DNA from: an uncultured virus (IMG/VR IMGVR_UViG_3300050010_000596)
Lineage: Duplodnaviria > Heunggongvirae > Uroviricota > Caudoviricetes
Virus record (IMG/VR): IMGVR_UViG_3300050010_000596
Direction: 5' to 3' (one strand)
Length of the DNA: 64,000 nt
This document shows positions 48,022 to 56,548 of the stretch, one piece after another. The notes below the pieces were generated by a model. The model was not told where the DNA came from, made no database searches, and was given only the letters and a program-made list of their open reading frames with translations. Positions within the stretch are counted from its first letter, which is position 1. The number at the start of each line of letters is the position of its first letter. A program made the position numbers and the translations under genes.

Positions 48022-48051
48022 GATGTTTCCTTGGGGGAAGAGGGAACTGGA

Positions 48052-48219
48052 TTAGCGACGACGCAACAACAAGTAGCCGATGATGGCGGTCTGGCCAAGC
48101 AAGACCAGCGGCAAGGCTACGCAGAAGATCCAGACGTTGATCTCCTTGTAGCTCATGCCGGTCAGGGCTGCCAACCCCATCAATAATAATACACACAGGT
48201 CGAAGGCCTGGTCGATCAT
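48052..48219 (-). CDS. 55-aa two-TM membrane protein (MIDQAFDLCVLLLMGLAALTGMSYKEINVWIFCVALP...)
   Basis: Hand-translated, below the ORF-track cutoff; AAAGGA SD; ATGA overlap with 48216..48413. Confidence 0.7.
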   Translation of the reverse strand: MIDQAFDLCVLLLMGLAALTGMSYKEINVWIFCVALPLVLLGQTAIIGYLLLRRR

Positions 48220-48413
48220 GGAAGTTTCCTTTCACGGGTCGGAGGCTCCTTGAGGAAATCATCAACTATCCTCTTGGCTTCCAACATCTTGCCGCAATCT
48301 CGCGGTAACACTGGTTCTACCCGTCCTCTGCTCACGACGGTTATGAACAGCAGGCCCGGACTGCGTTTACGCAGCTGCGCCACCTTGCGGTAACGAGTGG
48401 TTAGAATTGTCAT
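48216..48413 (-). CDS. Small basic hypothetical protein
   Basis: 65 aa, AAAGGAG SD. Confidence 0.55.
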   Translation of the reverse strand: MTILTTRYRKVAQLRKRSPGLLFITVVSRGRVEPVLPRDCGKMLEAKRIVDDFLKEPPTRERKLP

Positions 48414-48556
48414 GGCTGGGCTCCTTTCAGAAGGGGACTGGTTGGGCCCAGAGGTGAGATCATTGGCCCAGAACTAAAACGGTCGGCATGCCGACGAGGC
48501 ATTCATTCCCAGACCTTGCGGTCCAAGATCGTCCGTAATTGACCTCACATCATTGA

Positions 48557-48587
48557 TTTATGCCCCGTTTGACCTGATTATTTAGCT
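48557..48587 (-). promoter_or_regulatory. Sigma28-like promoter, copy 2
   Basis: AGCTAAATAATCAGGTCAAACGGGGCATAAA, 26/31 identical to 2858..2888. Confidence 0.55.
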
Positions 48588-48615
48588 TGACATTCAGACC
48601 CTGGTGAGGTAACAT
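48587..48615 (+). promoter_or_regulatory. Sigma70 promoter for the HNH gene, probably giving a leaderless mRNA
   Basis: TTGACA-17-TAACAT; GTG start 7 nt after the -10; no SD. Confidence 0.6.
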
Positions 48616-48622
48616 ACACTAC

Positions 48623-49201
48623 GTGAGCAAACAACAATATCCTAGCGAGTACGCCGCGTGGACAAACGCAAAGCAACGATGCAGCAACCCGCGAAATCGT
48701 GCCTGGTGCAATTATGGCGGTCGCGGCATTAAAGTGTGCCGCCGATGGCGAGGCCCTTACGACTTCGCGAATTTCCTCAAAGACATGGGCCCGAAGCCAC
48801 GGCCAGAGCTAACACTAGAGCGGAAGAACAACGACAAGGGGTACACACCCAGCAACTGCGTCTGGGCCACGCGGACTACACAGATGCAGAACCGGCGTAA
48901 CAGTAGCCCCAAGCTCACTTTTCAAGGACAGACACTGACCTACCAAGCGTGGGCCAAGCAAATCGGCGTACCTTGGGAGACTATTCGATGGCGGCATCGG
49001 CAAGGATACCCTATCGCCCGTGTCTTATGTCGAGATCACGGCAACGCAACAGGCCGGACAGGGATTCAGGTTACATATCGCGGGAAGACTTGTTCGCTAA
49101 CGCACTGGGCGCAGGAGCTAGGCTTCAAGTACATGTGCCTTCTAATGCGATACTACCGAGGAGATCGTCCTCCCCAATTGTTCCGGGCGCTAAGGACTTA
49201 A
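48623..49201 (+). CDS. HNH-type homing endonuclease with repeated C-terminal DNA-binding motifs
   Basis: KQRCSNP...YGGRGIKVCRRW...FLKDMGPKP...TLERKNNDKGYTPSNCVWAT. Confidence 0.88.
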   Translation: MSKQQYPSEYAAWTNAKQRCSNPRNRAWCNYGGRGIKVCRRWRGPYDFANFLKDMGPKPRPELTLERKNNDKGYTPSNCVWATRTTQMQNRRNSSPKLTFQGQTLTYQAWAKQIGVPWETIRWRHRQGYPIARVLCRDHGNATGRTGIQVTYRGKTCSLTHWAQELGFKYMCLLMRYYRGDRPPQLFRALRT

Positions 49202-49210
49202 AGGTTTAAG
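49197..49210. promoter_or_regulatory. CTTAAA-NN-TTTAAG palindrome, copy 5
   Basis: cttaaaggtttaag between convergent stop codons. Confidence 0.65.
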
Positions 49211-49213
49211 GCA

Positions 49214-50116
49214 CTAGTAGTACGGGCCGTTCAAGGTGGAGTAGGCGCGGGAGATATTGATCCGCACTTTCTGCGCCCTGGCAAACTTGAGGAATTCCTC
49301 TGTGTACTGGTCACCGATCCGCTGATACTCCGCGTTTTTATTCCGGTCGTCGGTGCTGATCCCAGCGTGAGTGGTCTGCATCTTGTTTCTTTGGTACCAG
49401 AGTGCAGCCGTGCGACAGAGTTGCCCGATGCAACCCTTAATCCAAAGTTCCCTGAAAGGAAACGTCTGGCAAGTAAACGGGGCCACAGGCGGTAAGAGTT
49501 CGTTCCAAGTTCGCACAGGGCCTACGATGGCCATGATCAGCTCTTCGTCGCTGAACTCCACGTCCTTGAGGAAGTCGTTCTCGGTTCGCGTGTCCCGCAG
49601 GTAGGCCCGCAGCTCCTTCAGCGACGGCGGCCCGCCGTTGGCCAGGTTGACGTCGCCCCACAGCCCCGGCTCTACGAACAGCAAGCCGTTCTCCAGGCAA
49701 GCCAGTTGTCGCTGGTGATCCAGCACACCGATGCTCAGCCGGTAGATGCCGGTCTTCTGGGTGACGACAGGGGGCAGCTTGAACTGCACCGTGGCGGTGG
49801 AGGGTGAGGTGCACACGGCCGGGACCTCCGCCATTCCGCCGATGCCTGGCACGTCCACCACCAGTATCCGCACCTTCACCGAGCCGAAGCCCCCCACGTC
49901 GATGGATTCCGACACCGAGACCCCTTCCGGCAGTGCCGGTTCGGGAAGCACTCCCGAGAGGTTCCGCGTCTGCCCCTTGGCGTCCCGCATGGACCACTCC
50001 ACGATGGCGGGCACGCCTGCGTCGATCACGACGTTGCGGGTCTTGACCCGGACAGGGCAGCCCTCGTGGAACGGGTCCTCGGGGCTGATGGTACGCAGCA
50101 GGTCGGCGTTGGACAT
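49214..50116 (-). CDS. Head-tail adaptor/neck protein with Ig-like N-terminal domain
   Basis: ELRAYLRD...NDFL...EFSDEEL...WNELLPP pattern; AAGGAGG SD before MSNA. Confidence 0.6.
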   Translation of the reverse strand: MSNADLLRTISPEDPFHEGCPVRVKTRNVVIDAGVPAIVEWSMRDAKGQTRNLSGVLPEPALPEGVSVSESIDVGGFGSVKVRILVVDVPGIGGMAEVPAVCTSPSTATVQFKLPPVVTQKTGIYRLSIGVLDHQRQLACLENGLLFVEPGLWGDVNLANGGPPSLKELRAYLRDTRTENDFLKDVEFSDEELIMAIVGPVRTWNELLPPVAPFTCQTFPFRELWIKGCIGQLCRTAALWYQRNKMQTTHAGISTDDRNKNAEYQRIGDQYTEEFLKFARAQKVRINISRAYSTLNGPYY

Positions 50117-50144
50117 AGGTTCCTCCTTGAACGCTAATCCTATT

Positions 50145-51362
50145 CTACTCGGCAAACGGCTGGACCCCAACCGGGCCACAGTGTCGCTGCCCTTTCAGGG
50201 CGCACAGGTCGGCGTAGACATGGACGCCTAGCCCCTTGTTACCTTCGGGATAACCCTCGAAGCAGCGGACCCGCTGAAAGGCCAAGGGAGGCTTCCCCAT
50301 GTCTGCCCAAAAGCGGCCGTTGCAGAAGTAGCGGAAGGCCTGTTTGTTCCAGTGCGAACGGGCCACCGGGCTGAAGGCGGCAAAGCCTGAGGTGGAAGGT
50401 GTACAGCTGCGGAACCAGCCTCCAGGGACCAGCACCCGGTATACCTCGGCCATCAGCTCACCCACGTCTTTCGTGGGAATGCGATGCAGGAAGTTAAAGG
50501 CTTCGACGTCGCCGATGGAACTGGTCTTGAGGCTCTTTAGCTCGTTCAAGGCGTAGATATTGACCAGCCGCACCCGGTTGAGCTTCTCCCGCTTGCACCA
50601 CTGCTTGATTAGCTCGGGCAGGTACTTGTCGCAGTTGGCCTGGCTCTGCACCTGCACGGCGTCGTTGTACCGCAGGTAGCTCTGGGTCTGGTGGTTGCGA
50701 TAGAGGTAGCCGCAGGTGCCGGTGTGGGCGAAGGGCACGCCTGCCAAGTAAGTACGGCAGACCAGGTCGTGATCGTCGCCGACCAGCAGCGTCTGGTTGT
50801 GGCCACCTGCGGCGTAGTACGCCTCGCGGGACCAGACCCGGATGTGGTCGGGGGCGTAGTGGATCTGGCACAGACTGCGAGCATCCACGGCGAAGGATCG
50901 CTGGGCTTGCACTTCGTGTTCGTAGATCCGCACCGGGTAGCTCTCCCAGCCGAACTCCTCACTGTAGACGTCCGAGCGAAGATTCTGCTCCGCATCGAAA
51001 TCGAATTGGGCCGCGTCTGAGAAGACGAATCCGGCCCCCTTTGCCAGCTCTTTCGCCACGTCAGTGAGAATGCCGGGGATCAACAGGTCGTCGTGGTCGA
51101 ACTCTACGAAGGCCGCCCCTCGGCAGGCATCACAGGCAAACCGCTTGAGGGCTCCGATCCGCAGGTCCTCCGTGCGATCTCGGTAGGGCACTACTGTCAC
51201 GCGGGCGTCGTCGGTGATCCGCGCGGGTAGCGGGGCGTTCAAGGCGGGGCCATTGGGCACGATCACCCACTCCCATTCCTTGTGCTCCTGGAGCAAGAGC
51301 GAGTCGTAGGCTTCATCGAGCCATTGGGGATTGTTGGTGGGTGTGAACAGCGACAGCAACAC
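50145..51362 (-). CDS. GT2 glycosyltransferase fused to a class I SAM-methyltransferase-like domain
   Basis: SLFTPT, WEWVIV, EFDHDD, GDDHDL; FNFLHRI...EVYRVLVPGG. Confidence 0.8.
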   Translation of the reverse strand: MLLSLFTPTNNPQWLDEAYDSLLLQEHKEWEWVIVPNGPALNAPLPARITDDARVTVVPYRDRTEDLRIGALKRFACDACRGAAFVEFDHDDLLIPGILTDVAKELAKGAGFVFSDAAQFDFDAEQNLRSDVYSEEFGWESYPVRIYEHEVQAQRSFAVDARSLCQIHYAPDHIRVWSREAYYAAGGHNQTLLVGDDHDLVCRTYLAGVPFAHTGTCGYLYRNHQTQSYLRYNDAVQVQSQANCDKYLPELIKQWCKREKLNRVRLVNIYALNELKSLKTSSIGDVEAFNFLHRIPTKDVGELMAEVYRVLVPGGWFRSCTPSTSGFAAFSPVARSHWNKQAFRYFCNGRFWADMGKPPLAFQRVRCFEGYPEGNKGLGVHVYADLCALKGQRHCGPVGVQPFAE

Positions 51363-51377
51363 AGAACTTCTCCTCAT

Positions 51378-51420
51378 TAAAACGACAGACGGCGGCCGGG
51401 AATGTCCCAACCGCCGTCTG
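51378..51420 (-). terminator. Hairpin terminator after the head module
   Basis: cagacggcgg/ccgccgtctg stem followed by UCGUUUU on the minus strand. Confidence 0.55.
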
Positions 51421-51451
51421 AGTATAGCTACTGTCGGCCTGTGACACCACG

Positions 51452-51817
51452 TTAGACGTGGTACGGGGGCTCGCCCAAGGTGACCGAGTGGTCAAAGGAC
51501 GGGCTCAGCAGGTGCAGCACGTTGTTGTTGACCTGGAGCTGCCGGGGCTTCTTGGTCGCCACGTCGAAGAAGATCGGCGCGGGGGTGCTCAAGATTTCCA
51601 GCAGTTGATTGTCCAGGGCATCCCGGAGCGCCTTCATGTTTCGGTTGCCGAAACGGTCGCCCCGGTTGACAGCCTCCGTGATGGAGCCGAACACCGTGAC
51701 CTGGGCGTCCACTGCCAGCATCTTGCCGTGTGGGGGCAGGAAGCCGAAGAACAGTGCTTGCCCAGAGGTATTCTGAATCGTCGTCACCAAGCAGGTGATG
51801 TCGGGAGAAGCAATCAT
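51452..51817 (-). CDS. Hypothetical head-associated protein
   Basis: 121 aa, GGAGG SD. Confidence 0.7.
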   Translation of the reverse strand: MIASPDITCLVTTIQNTSGQALFFGFLPPHGKMLAVDAQVTVFGSITEAVNRGDRFGNRNMKALRDALDNQLLEILSTPAPIFFDVATKKPRQLQVNNNVLHLLSPSFDHSVTLGEPPYHV

Positions 51818-51846
51818 TTATGTACCCTCCAAGGATCGTTAGAGGC

Positions 51847-52260
51847 CTAGCCCGCTTGCTGGGCCGCTGCCGCTTGCGCCGCTTGCGCCGCCTTCACCAC
51901 AAGGGCGGAGGCGAAGATCTGCGGATCGCGGGCCAACTCCAAGGCCCCGGCGATGGAGACATCGTCGAGACCGGGCGCGCTGGAGACCGAAGCCTGCTTG
52001 ATGCCCAGGAAACGATCCAGGGCGGCATCGGCGAACGCATAGGGGCCAGGCTGGGCAGCCGCTTCCTTGTTCAGGACCAAGTCCTGCTCACTGGCCGCGA
52101 CCTTGAAGCTCATCTGGTACAACCGCTCGGCTTCTTCGGACGACGTGGGAGCAGGCATACCTAGCTCCCGCATGCAGTCGAAGAAGGCCCGCTTGTCGAT
52201 ACCCTGGATGACCGTCTCCAGGGCCGTGTCCACGTCGGGAAGCGTGGCTTGGTTACTCAT
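51847..52260 (-). CDS. K-x-A-rich head-associated protein
   Basis: 137 aa, GGAGG SD; DKRAF, FKVAA, NKEAA, IKQAS, VKAAQ. Confidence 0.7.
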   Translation of the reverse strand: MSNQATLPDVDTALETVIQGIDKRAFFDCMRELGMPAPTSSEEAERLYQMSFKVAASEQDLVLNKEAAAQPGPYAFADAALDRFLGIKQASVSSAPGLDDVSIAGALELARDPQIFASALVVKAAQAAQAAAAQQAG

Positions 52261-52314
52261 AAAACCTCCGTGTTGATCTAGTGCCGTCCTTGGTCAGGTT
52301 CAGCACTCAGTGTA

Positions 52315-52551
52315 CTACGAATCTTTGGGTAACGGAACTCCGGCGTGTGCCTTCTTGTTGCAGGTGGGGCAGAGCACTCGGTAGCCCGAGAGATCATCTT
52401 GTCGCAGTAACCACAGGTAAAACTCATTTCCACCGGACAATCCCAGTTCCTCTCTCTGTCGGCGGCCACCGCCGTGAATGTGGCCGATTTCCAGAATTGC
52501 CACGTCCGTCTCGGGACAACCCGCACACTCTCGGCCGCCACAGGCATCCAA
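52315..52551 (-). CDS. Minimal HNH endonuclease (nuclease domain only)
   Basis: CGGRECAGC...LEIGHIHGGG...FYLWL...YRVLCPTCN; TTG start after AAAGG. Confidence 0.7.
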   Translation of the reverse strand: MDACGGRECAGCPETDVAILEIGHIHGGGRRQREELGLSGGNEFYLWLLRQDDLSGYRVLCPTCNKKAHAGVPLPKDS

Positions 52552-52588
52552 GTTCGTACCTTTCGTTAAGAAGTAAATGGGGCCCTAT

Positions 52589-52617
52589 ATTATGACCTCA
52601 TTCCTGCCAAAGTTCAA
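52589..52617 (-). promoter_or_regulatory. Sigma70-like promoter for the minimal HNH gene
   Basis: TTGAAC-17-CATAAT. Confidence 0.5.
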
Positions 52618-52683
52618 GACACGACCATGTATGTTTCACACACAGGAGTTCCGTTACCCAAATTGTCAAAGAGCGAAACAGGT

Positions 52684-52713
52684 GGTGCGAGTGCCCCGAA
52701 GAGCACTCGCACC
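52684..52713 (-). terminator. cUUCGg hairpin after the capsid stop codon (terminator or stabiliser)
   Basis: GGUGCGAGUGCUC-UUCG-GGGCACUCGCACC. Confidence 0.65.
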
Positions 52714-52723
52714 GTGAGCACGA

Positions 52724-53671
52724 TCAGACGAAGTCTGCGAGAGCCAAGCCCGAGGTATGGCCGAGCGACGCGCCGTTGGTCTCATACGCAAAGAATTCGA
52801 GCATATATGCTTCCCTACGGATATACATGGTCGTGTCTTCGAGCGTGAAATGCTTGCCGATAAATTTCGGATCGGCGAACATGTAAACGCTGTTGGTGGC
52901 GATGATTTCCTTCTTGATCGTGATGATCCACTTGACGCCTGCAAACTCTTGCATCGTCCAGCCGTTCTTCATCACGTCTTGGGACATGTCGCCGCCCATT
53001 TCGGTGCGGCCCCACTTCATCAGTTCCTTGACGGTGATGTTGTTGATCAGGCAGGTCTTCACTTCCAAGTTGGAAGGCGTTCCGGGCATGATCTTCAACA
53101 TGTCGCAGACGGTATCGCGGGTCAAACCGCCGACCAGCTTCTGCCACTGGGGCACGCCGGAGGTCGGCACGATCCAGCCTTGCGATACCAACGCCGCGCG
53201 GAACGCGGTGATGAATTTGGTATCTTCTTCCGCCAGCATATCCTTGATAGCATTATCGCTGAGGACCTGGCGAATATCCATGATCCACGACCGCAGTTCG
53301 TCGGTGTCCTTCGTGAATCGTGGGGTCACGATCCGGTCGAGCATGACGAGGTAACGGGGACCACGAATGTACAGATTCATGGGCAGCGTGGCGAAGGGGA
53401 TGGAGATCGCGGCGGGCGAATCCGGTTCCTTATCCACGACCTTGACGGGCTTGTCCGTCGAGACCTGCCGGTCCAACTCGTCGTTGGAAATCGGTACGGG
53501 CGGCATGATCTTGCGGAGAAAGCCGTCTTCACGCATCTTGGTCCGGGTAAAGTCGTTGACCGCGTCGATGGCTTCTTTCTCCATCATCGGGTCGCGCGAC
53601 GCCAGCTTCTCGAAAAGAGCCGCGTTGACGTCCTGGGACTCTTCGCGGGTTTGAATGGCTTGGGGCATCAC
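52724..53671 (-). CDS. Major capsid protein (HK97-fold)
   Basis: 315 aa; TRTKMREDGFLRKIM...DMLAEEDTKFI...VYMFADPKFIG...FFAYETNGASLGH; order protease-scaffold-decoration-capsid; GGAGG SD. Confidence 0.75.
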   Translation of the reverse strand: MMPQAIQTREESQDVNAALFEKLASRDPMMEKEAIDAVNDFTRTKMREDGFLRKIMPPVPISNDELDRQVSTDKPVKVVDKEPDSPAAISIPFATLPMNLYIRGPRYLVMLDRIVTPRFTKDTDELRSWIMDIRQVLSDNAIKDMLAEEDTKFITAFRAALVSQGWIVPTSGVPQWQKLVGGLTRDTVCDMLKIMPGTPSNLEVKTCLINNITVKELMKWGRTEMGGDMSQDVMKNGWTMQEFAGVKWIITIKKEIIATNSVYMFADPKFIGKHFTLEDTTMYIRREAYMLEFFAYETNGASLGHTSGLALADFV

Positions 53672-53747
53672 TGCACCTCCATGTGTTTTATGCTGAAAGG
53701 TAAAAAGCGAACTTCCGTGTCTCTCCAGTGATTACTCAGCGGGGCAC

Positions 53748-54401
53748 TTAGGCTCCGGCGTTGTTCGTCGGCAGCCACACGGGCCAGAACGACAAGGCGT
53801 TGACGGCGTAGGAGTTCTTGCGAACGCCACGGCTGACCACGCCGCACAACGGGACGTTGTAGGCCACGCCCTTGGTGACCAGCCCGCCGTCGCCGTTGGT
53901 GTTGTTCTGGATGGCGGTGAGCCCCGAGCCCGGCGTGTACGTCGAGCCCAAGGTGGCCTCGGGTACGAACTCGGTGGTCTCCAGCTCGTAGGCACCGGCG
54001 GCCACAAGGCCCATGATCTTGCCGGTGGGCGAGACGGCGACCCATACGCCCACATCCGTGGCGGGATTGCCGCCAGGGTTGCTCACGTCGGGATCGTCGC
54101 TGTTCTGGAAGAGGAAGATGGGCATGTCGCAACGACCAATGTTGCCGGTCGGGTTGGCGGCATTGCCCACGGCCGTCGGCGCACCCAACAGGCCCAGCTC
54201 GTACTGCGGGGTATTGCTCACCACGCCCGCCAGGTTGGTGACCTGGGCGAAGACGAGGTGCGCAACACGACCGGCGTACACGGCGTTGCCGTTATTGGTG
54301 ACGTTGGCGCTCAGGGTCGCGGCAAAGTCCACGGCATGCGGGGACGGCCAACCCTTGATAGCTTCCAACGTGTGCGACGTCATTTGACGAGGTGTTGCCA
54401 T
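53748..54401 (-). CDS. Capsid decoration/cement protein
   Basis: Beta-rich, Gly/Asn-rich; AYELETTEF...YTPGSGLT; directly upstream of the capsid gene. Confidence 0.6.
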   Translation of the reverse strand: MATPRQMTSHTLEAIKGWPSPHAVDFAATLSANVTNNGNAVYAGRVAHLVFAQVTNLAGVVSNTPQYELGLLGAPTAVGNAANPTGNIGRCDMPIFLFQNSDDPDVSNPGGNPATDVGVWVAVSPTGKIMGLVAAGAYELETTEFVPEATLGSTYTPGSGLTAIQNNTNGDGGLVTKGVAYNVPLCGVVSRGVRKNSYAVNALSFWPVWLPTNNAGA

Positions 54402-54467
54402 AGTAGACTCCTCCTTGAGTCATCCCGGAATGGCTGCTCCGGGGATGAACTTCCTTGATTGGTGAAA

Positions 54468-54923
54468 CTAACCCACGCCCAATGCGCTGGCGAACTTGGT
54501 CCACGATTCGGGCTGATCGCCGTCGCCGTGGCGTGCGCCCACGAAGGGGCTTGCGGAACTGTTGCTGGAGGCCTGCTTTTGCTGGCCTTCCTTTTCTCCC
54601 TTGCCCTGCTGGAGCATCTTGATCGTCTGGTTGGCGACCTTCTGCTGTTCGCTGAAGATCTCCAAGACGTTGTGCAAGACCTCCAGGGCGCCCTGGTGGG
54701 ACGAGAGCTTGGTAACGGCCGCTTGCTTCTCGTTGGAATCGATCAGACTCGATCCATCGAGCAGCTTAATGCCCGCCATGGCGTCGGCATCCACGGGGAG
54801 CAACGAGGCGACCTTCTCCTGCTCGCTGGCGATGGATTCGGCCAGCTGGCGGGAGGCGTGAAGAGCACGACCGGCCTTCTCGACGAAGCCCAGGACGTCC
54901 TCCATGATTGGCTGCTTACTCAT
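54468..54923 (-). CDS. Helical head protein (K-x-A-rich)
   Basis: 151 aa; EKAG, EKVAS, EKQAA, QKVAN, QKQAS, TKFAS. Confidence 0.7.
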   Translation of the reverse strand: MSKQPIMEDVLGFVEKAGRALHASRQLAESIASEQEKVASLLPVDADAMAGIKLLDGSSLIDSNEKQAAVTKLSSHQGALEVLHNVLEIFSEQQKVANQTIKMLQQGKGEKEGQQKQASSNSSASPFVGARHGDGDQPESWTKFASALGVG

Positions 54924-54997
54924 TCTGTAGTCTCCTTGCGAAACCGAAGGGATCGTGTGCCGCTAAGGCGAGGAACCCCGCGGGTAATAGTTGGGGG

Positions 54998-56383
54998 TTA
55001 TCGACCCAGAAGTTCCGTGACGAATTTGCTCATCGCCTGGTAGCGCTGCGCTTCGGCAGCGGTCTTCGGCTTCCAGCCTTGCTTGCTGGCTTGCTTCTGG
55101 CGTTGGACCAGGTAGCGGGCCACATAGGCCGCTGCCTTGGCTTCCATGCCCTTAGGCTCTTCTTCGCCGCCCGGAGGGCCACCGGTTCCCGGAGGAGGAC
55201 CACCGGCTCCCGGAGGACCACCGGCTCCCGGAGGTCCGCCAGCACCGCCGCCACCCTGCTCCAGCTGTTGGAGAATCTGCTCCAGCATCTGGATGTCTTC
55301 GGGGCTCAGCTGCGACAGCTCTTGCTCGATGCCACCGGCACCGCCGCCTGCTTCGGCACCACCAGGGCCACCGGCTCCGGCACCAGGACCACCGGCCCCG
55401 CCACCTTGCCCGCCCATGAGTGCCTGGATCAGCGACGATTCATCCCCGCCTCCACCGCCAGGCCCCATGCCTTGGGCGGCTTCACTGGCCCCCGGCGCTG
55501 CGCCGGGACCCGAAGGGACCGGGGGCATTCCCCCATTCCCCGGCTCCGCCCCGCCGTCTTCGGTGGGCGGTCCGCCAGCGGCCTGCTTGGTTTGCAGGTC
55601 GGTGAAGAACTGGTTCACGAATTGGGCCGTCTTGACGGCCCGGTTGCGGGCACCCTGAATGGTCCACGCGATGTCCTGGACAATGGCCTGCTCCAGAGCT
55701 TGCTTCTCGGCCAGGGGAGCCTGGGCGATGATGCTGGCCAGGTCGCTTCCGGCGTCGGCCGCTTCTTTGGCGGTCGGCCAGGCAGCGGGCGTCTTGGGGC
55801 CGCTGCTGGCGAGCTTCTGGGCCCGCTGTTGCAACATCCCGTTGGCTTCCACCGCGATGCGGGCGACCAGGTCGCGGCCCGGATCTTCGGCTTCCTTGAT
55901 CAGGCCCAGCAGATCGCGGGCCGAGGAATACTTGCCGCCACCGAGCGACTCGTTGTCGGTGCGGGCCGGGTGCGTGGTCTTGCCACGGCCCTGACTGCCC
56001 TTTTCACCTTCGCTGGCATCTTCCTTGCCGCCCTTGGCCGAAGAGGTCTCGATGGACGAGTCTTCCCCGGTGGAGGATTGGTGCATGCCCAGGTTGGTGT
56101 TGGTTTCGTCCTGTCCCTGATTGATGGTGTCCGGGACCGAATTGACGGAAATCGCACCTTCCTGCTCTTTCACGTCCGATTCGTTTTCCGCCGAGCGGGC
56201 CCCCTTGGGGGTCTCGTGGAGATTGTCGTCTACGCTCTTGACAGGGTGGCTGGTGCCGCCCTCGTAGCCGCCCGCTTCCGACTTGGCTTCGGCAGCCTTC
56301 TGTCGTTGTGCGGAGGCACTGACTTGGGCGAGAAAGCCGTCAATACTGGTGACGACCGACGCCTGCTTTTGAAGCGATTTCAT
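54998..56383 (-). CDS. Low-complexity scaffold-like head protein
   Basis: Gly/Pro/Ala-rich disordered segments, GPPGAG repeats, many K-x-A sites; follows the protease. Confidence 0.6.
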   Translation of the reverse strand: MKSLQKQASVVTSIDGFLAQVSASAQRQKAAEAKSEAGGYEGGTSHPVKSVDDNLHETPKGARSAENESDVKEQEGAISVNSVPDTINQGQDETNTNLGMHQSSTGEDSSIETSSAKGGKEDASEGEKGSQGRGKTTHPARTDNESLGGGKYSSARDLLGLIKEAEDPGRDLVARIAVEANGMLQQRAQKLASSGPKTPAAWPTAKEAADAGSDLASIIAQAPLAEKQALEQAIVQDIAWTIQGARNRAVKTAQFVNQFFTDLQTKQAAGGPPTEDGGAEPGNGGMPPVPSGPGAAPGASEAAQGMGPGGGGGDESSLIQALMGGQGGGAGGPGAGAGGPGGAEAGGGAGGIEQELSQLSPEDIQMLEQILQQLEQGGGGAGGPPGAGGPPGAGGPPPGTGGPPGGEEEPKGMEAKAAAYVARYLVQRQKQASKQGWKPKTAAEAQRYQAMSKFVTELLGR

Positions 56384-56548
56384 CCTTGACTCCTTGCAAT
56401 GGCAAGTGGGGCATCCGTGTCCTGCGCCACAGCGGGCGACTGACTACTCCTTATTCTGCCCTGCGGCAGGGGGCTCGTCAATAGCTCGCTACGGAAGACG
56501 TGGGGCGAATTCCCCGGTTCATGTAAGTTCAACCCGGTCCGATCCGGG

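Noticed and set aside
48011..48265. 84-aa ORF from the track
   Set aside because: The alternative frame 48052..48219 has an SD, stop/start coupling and a coherent membrane protein
52278..52547. 89-aa ORF overlapping the minimal HNH
   Set aside because: The HNH motifs lie in the 52315..52551 frame
52324..52662. IS/MITE bounded by the 18-bp inverted repeat
   Set aside because: No transposase or target-site duplication, and one repeat lies inside the HNH coding sequence
56384..56548. Riboswitch in the protease-scaffold intergenic region
   Set aside because: Only short GC-rich hairpins and a weak TTGACG-17-CAGAAT promoter; no aptamer consensus recognised
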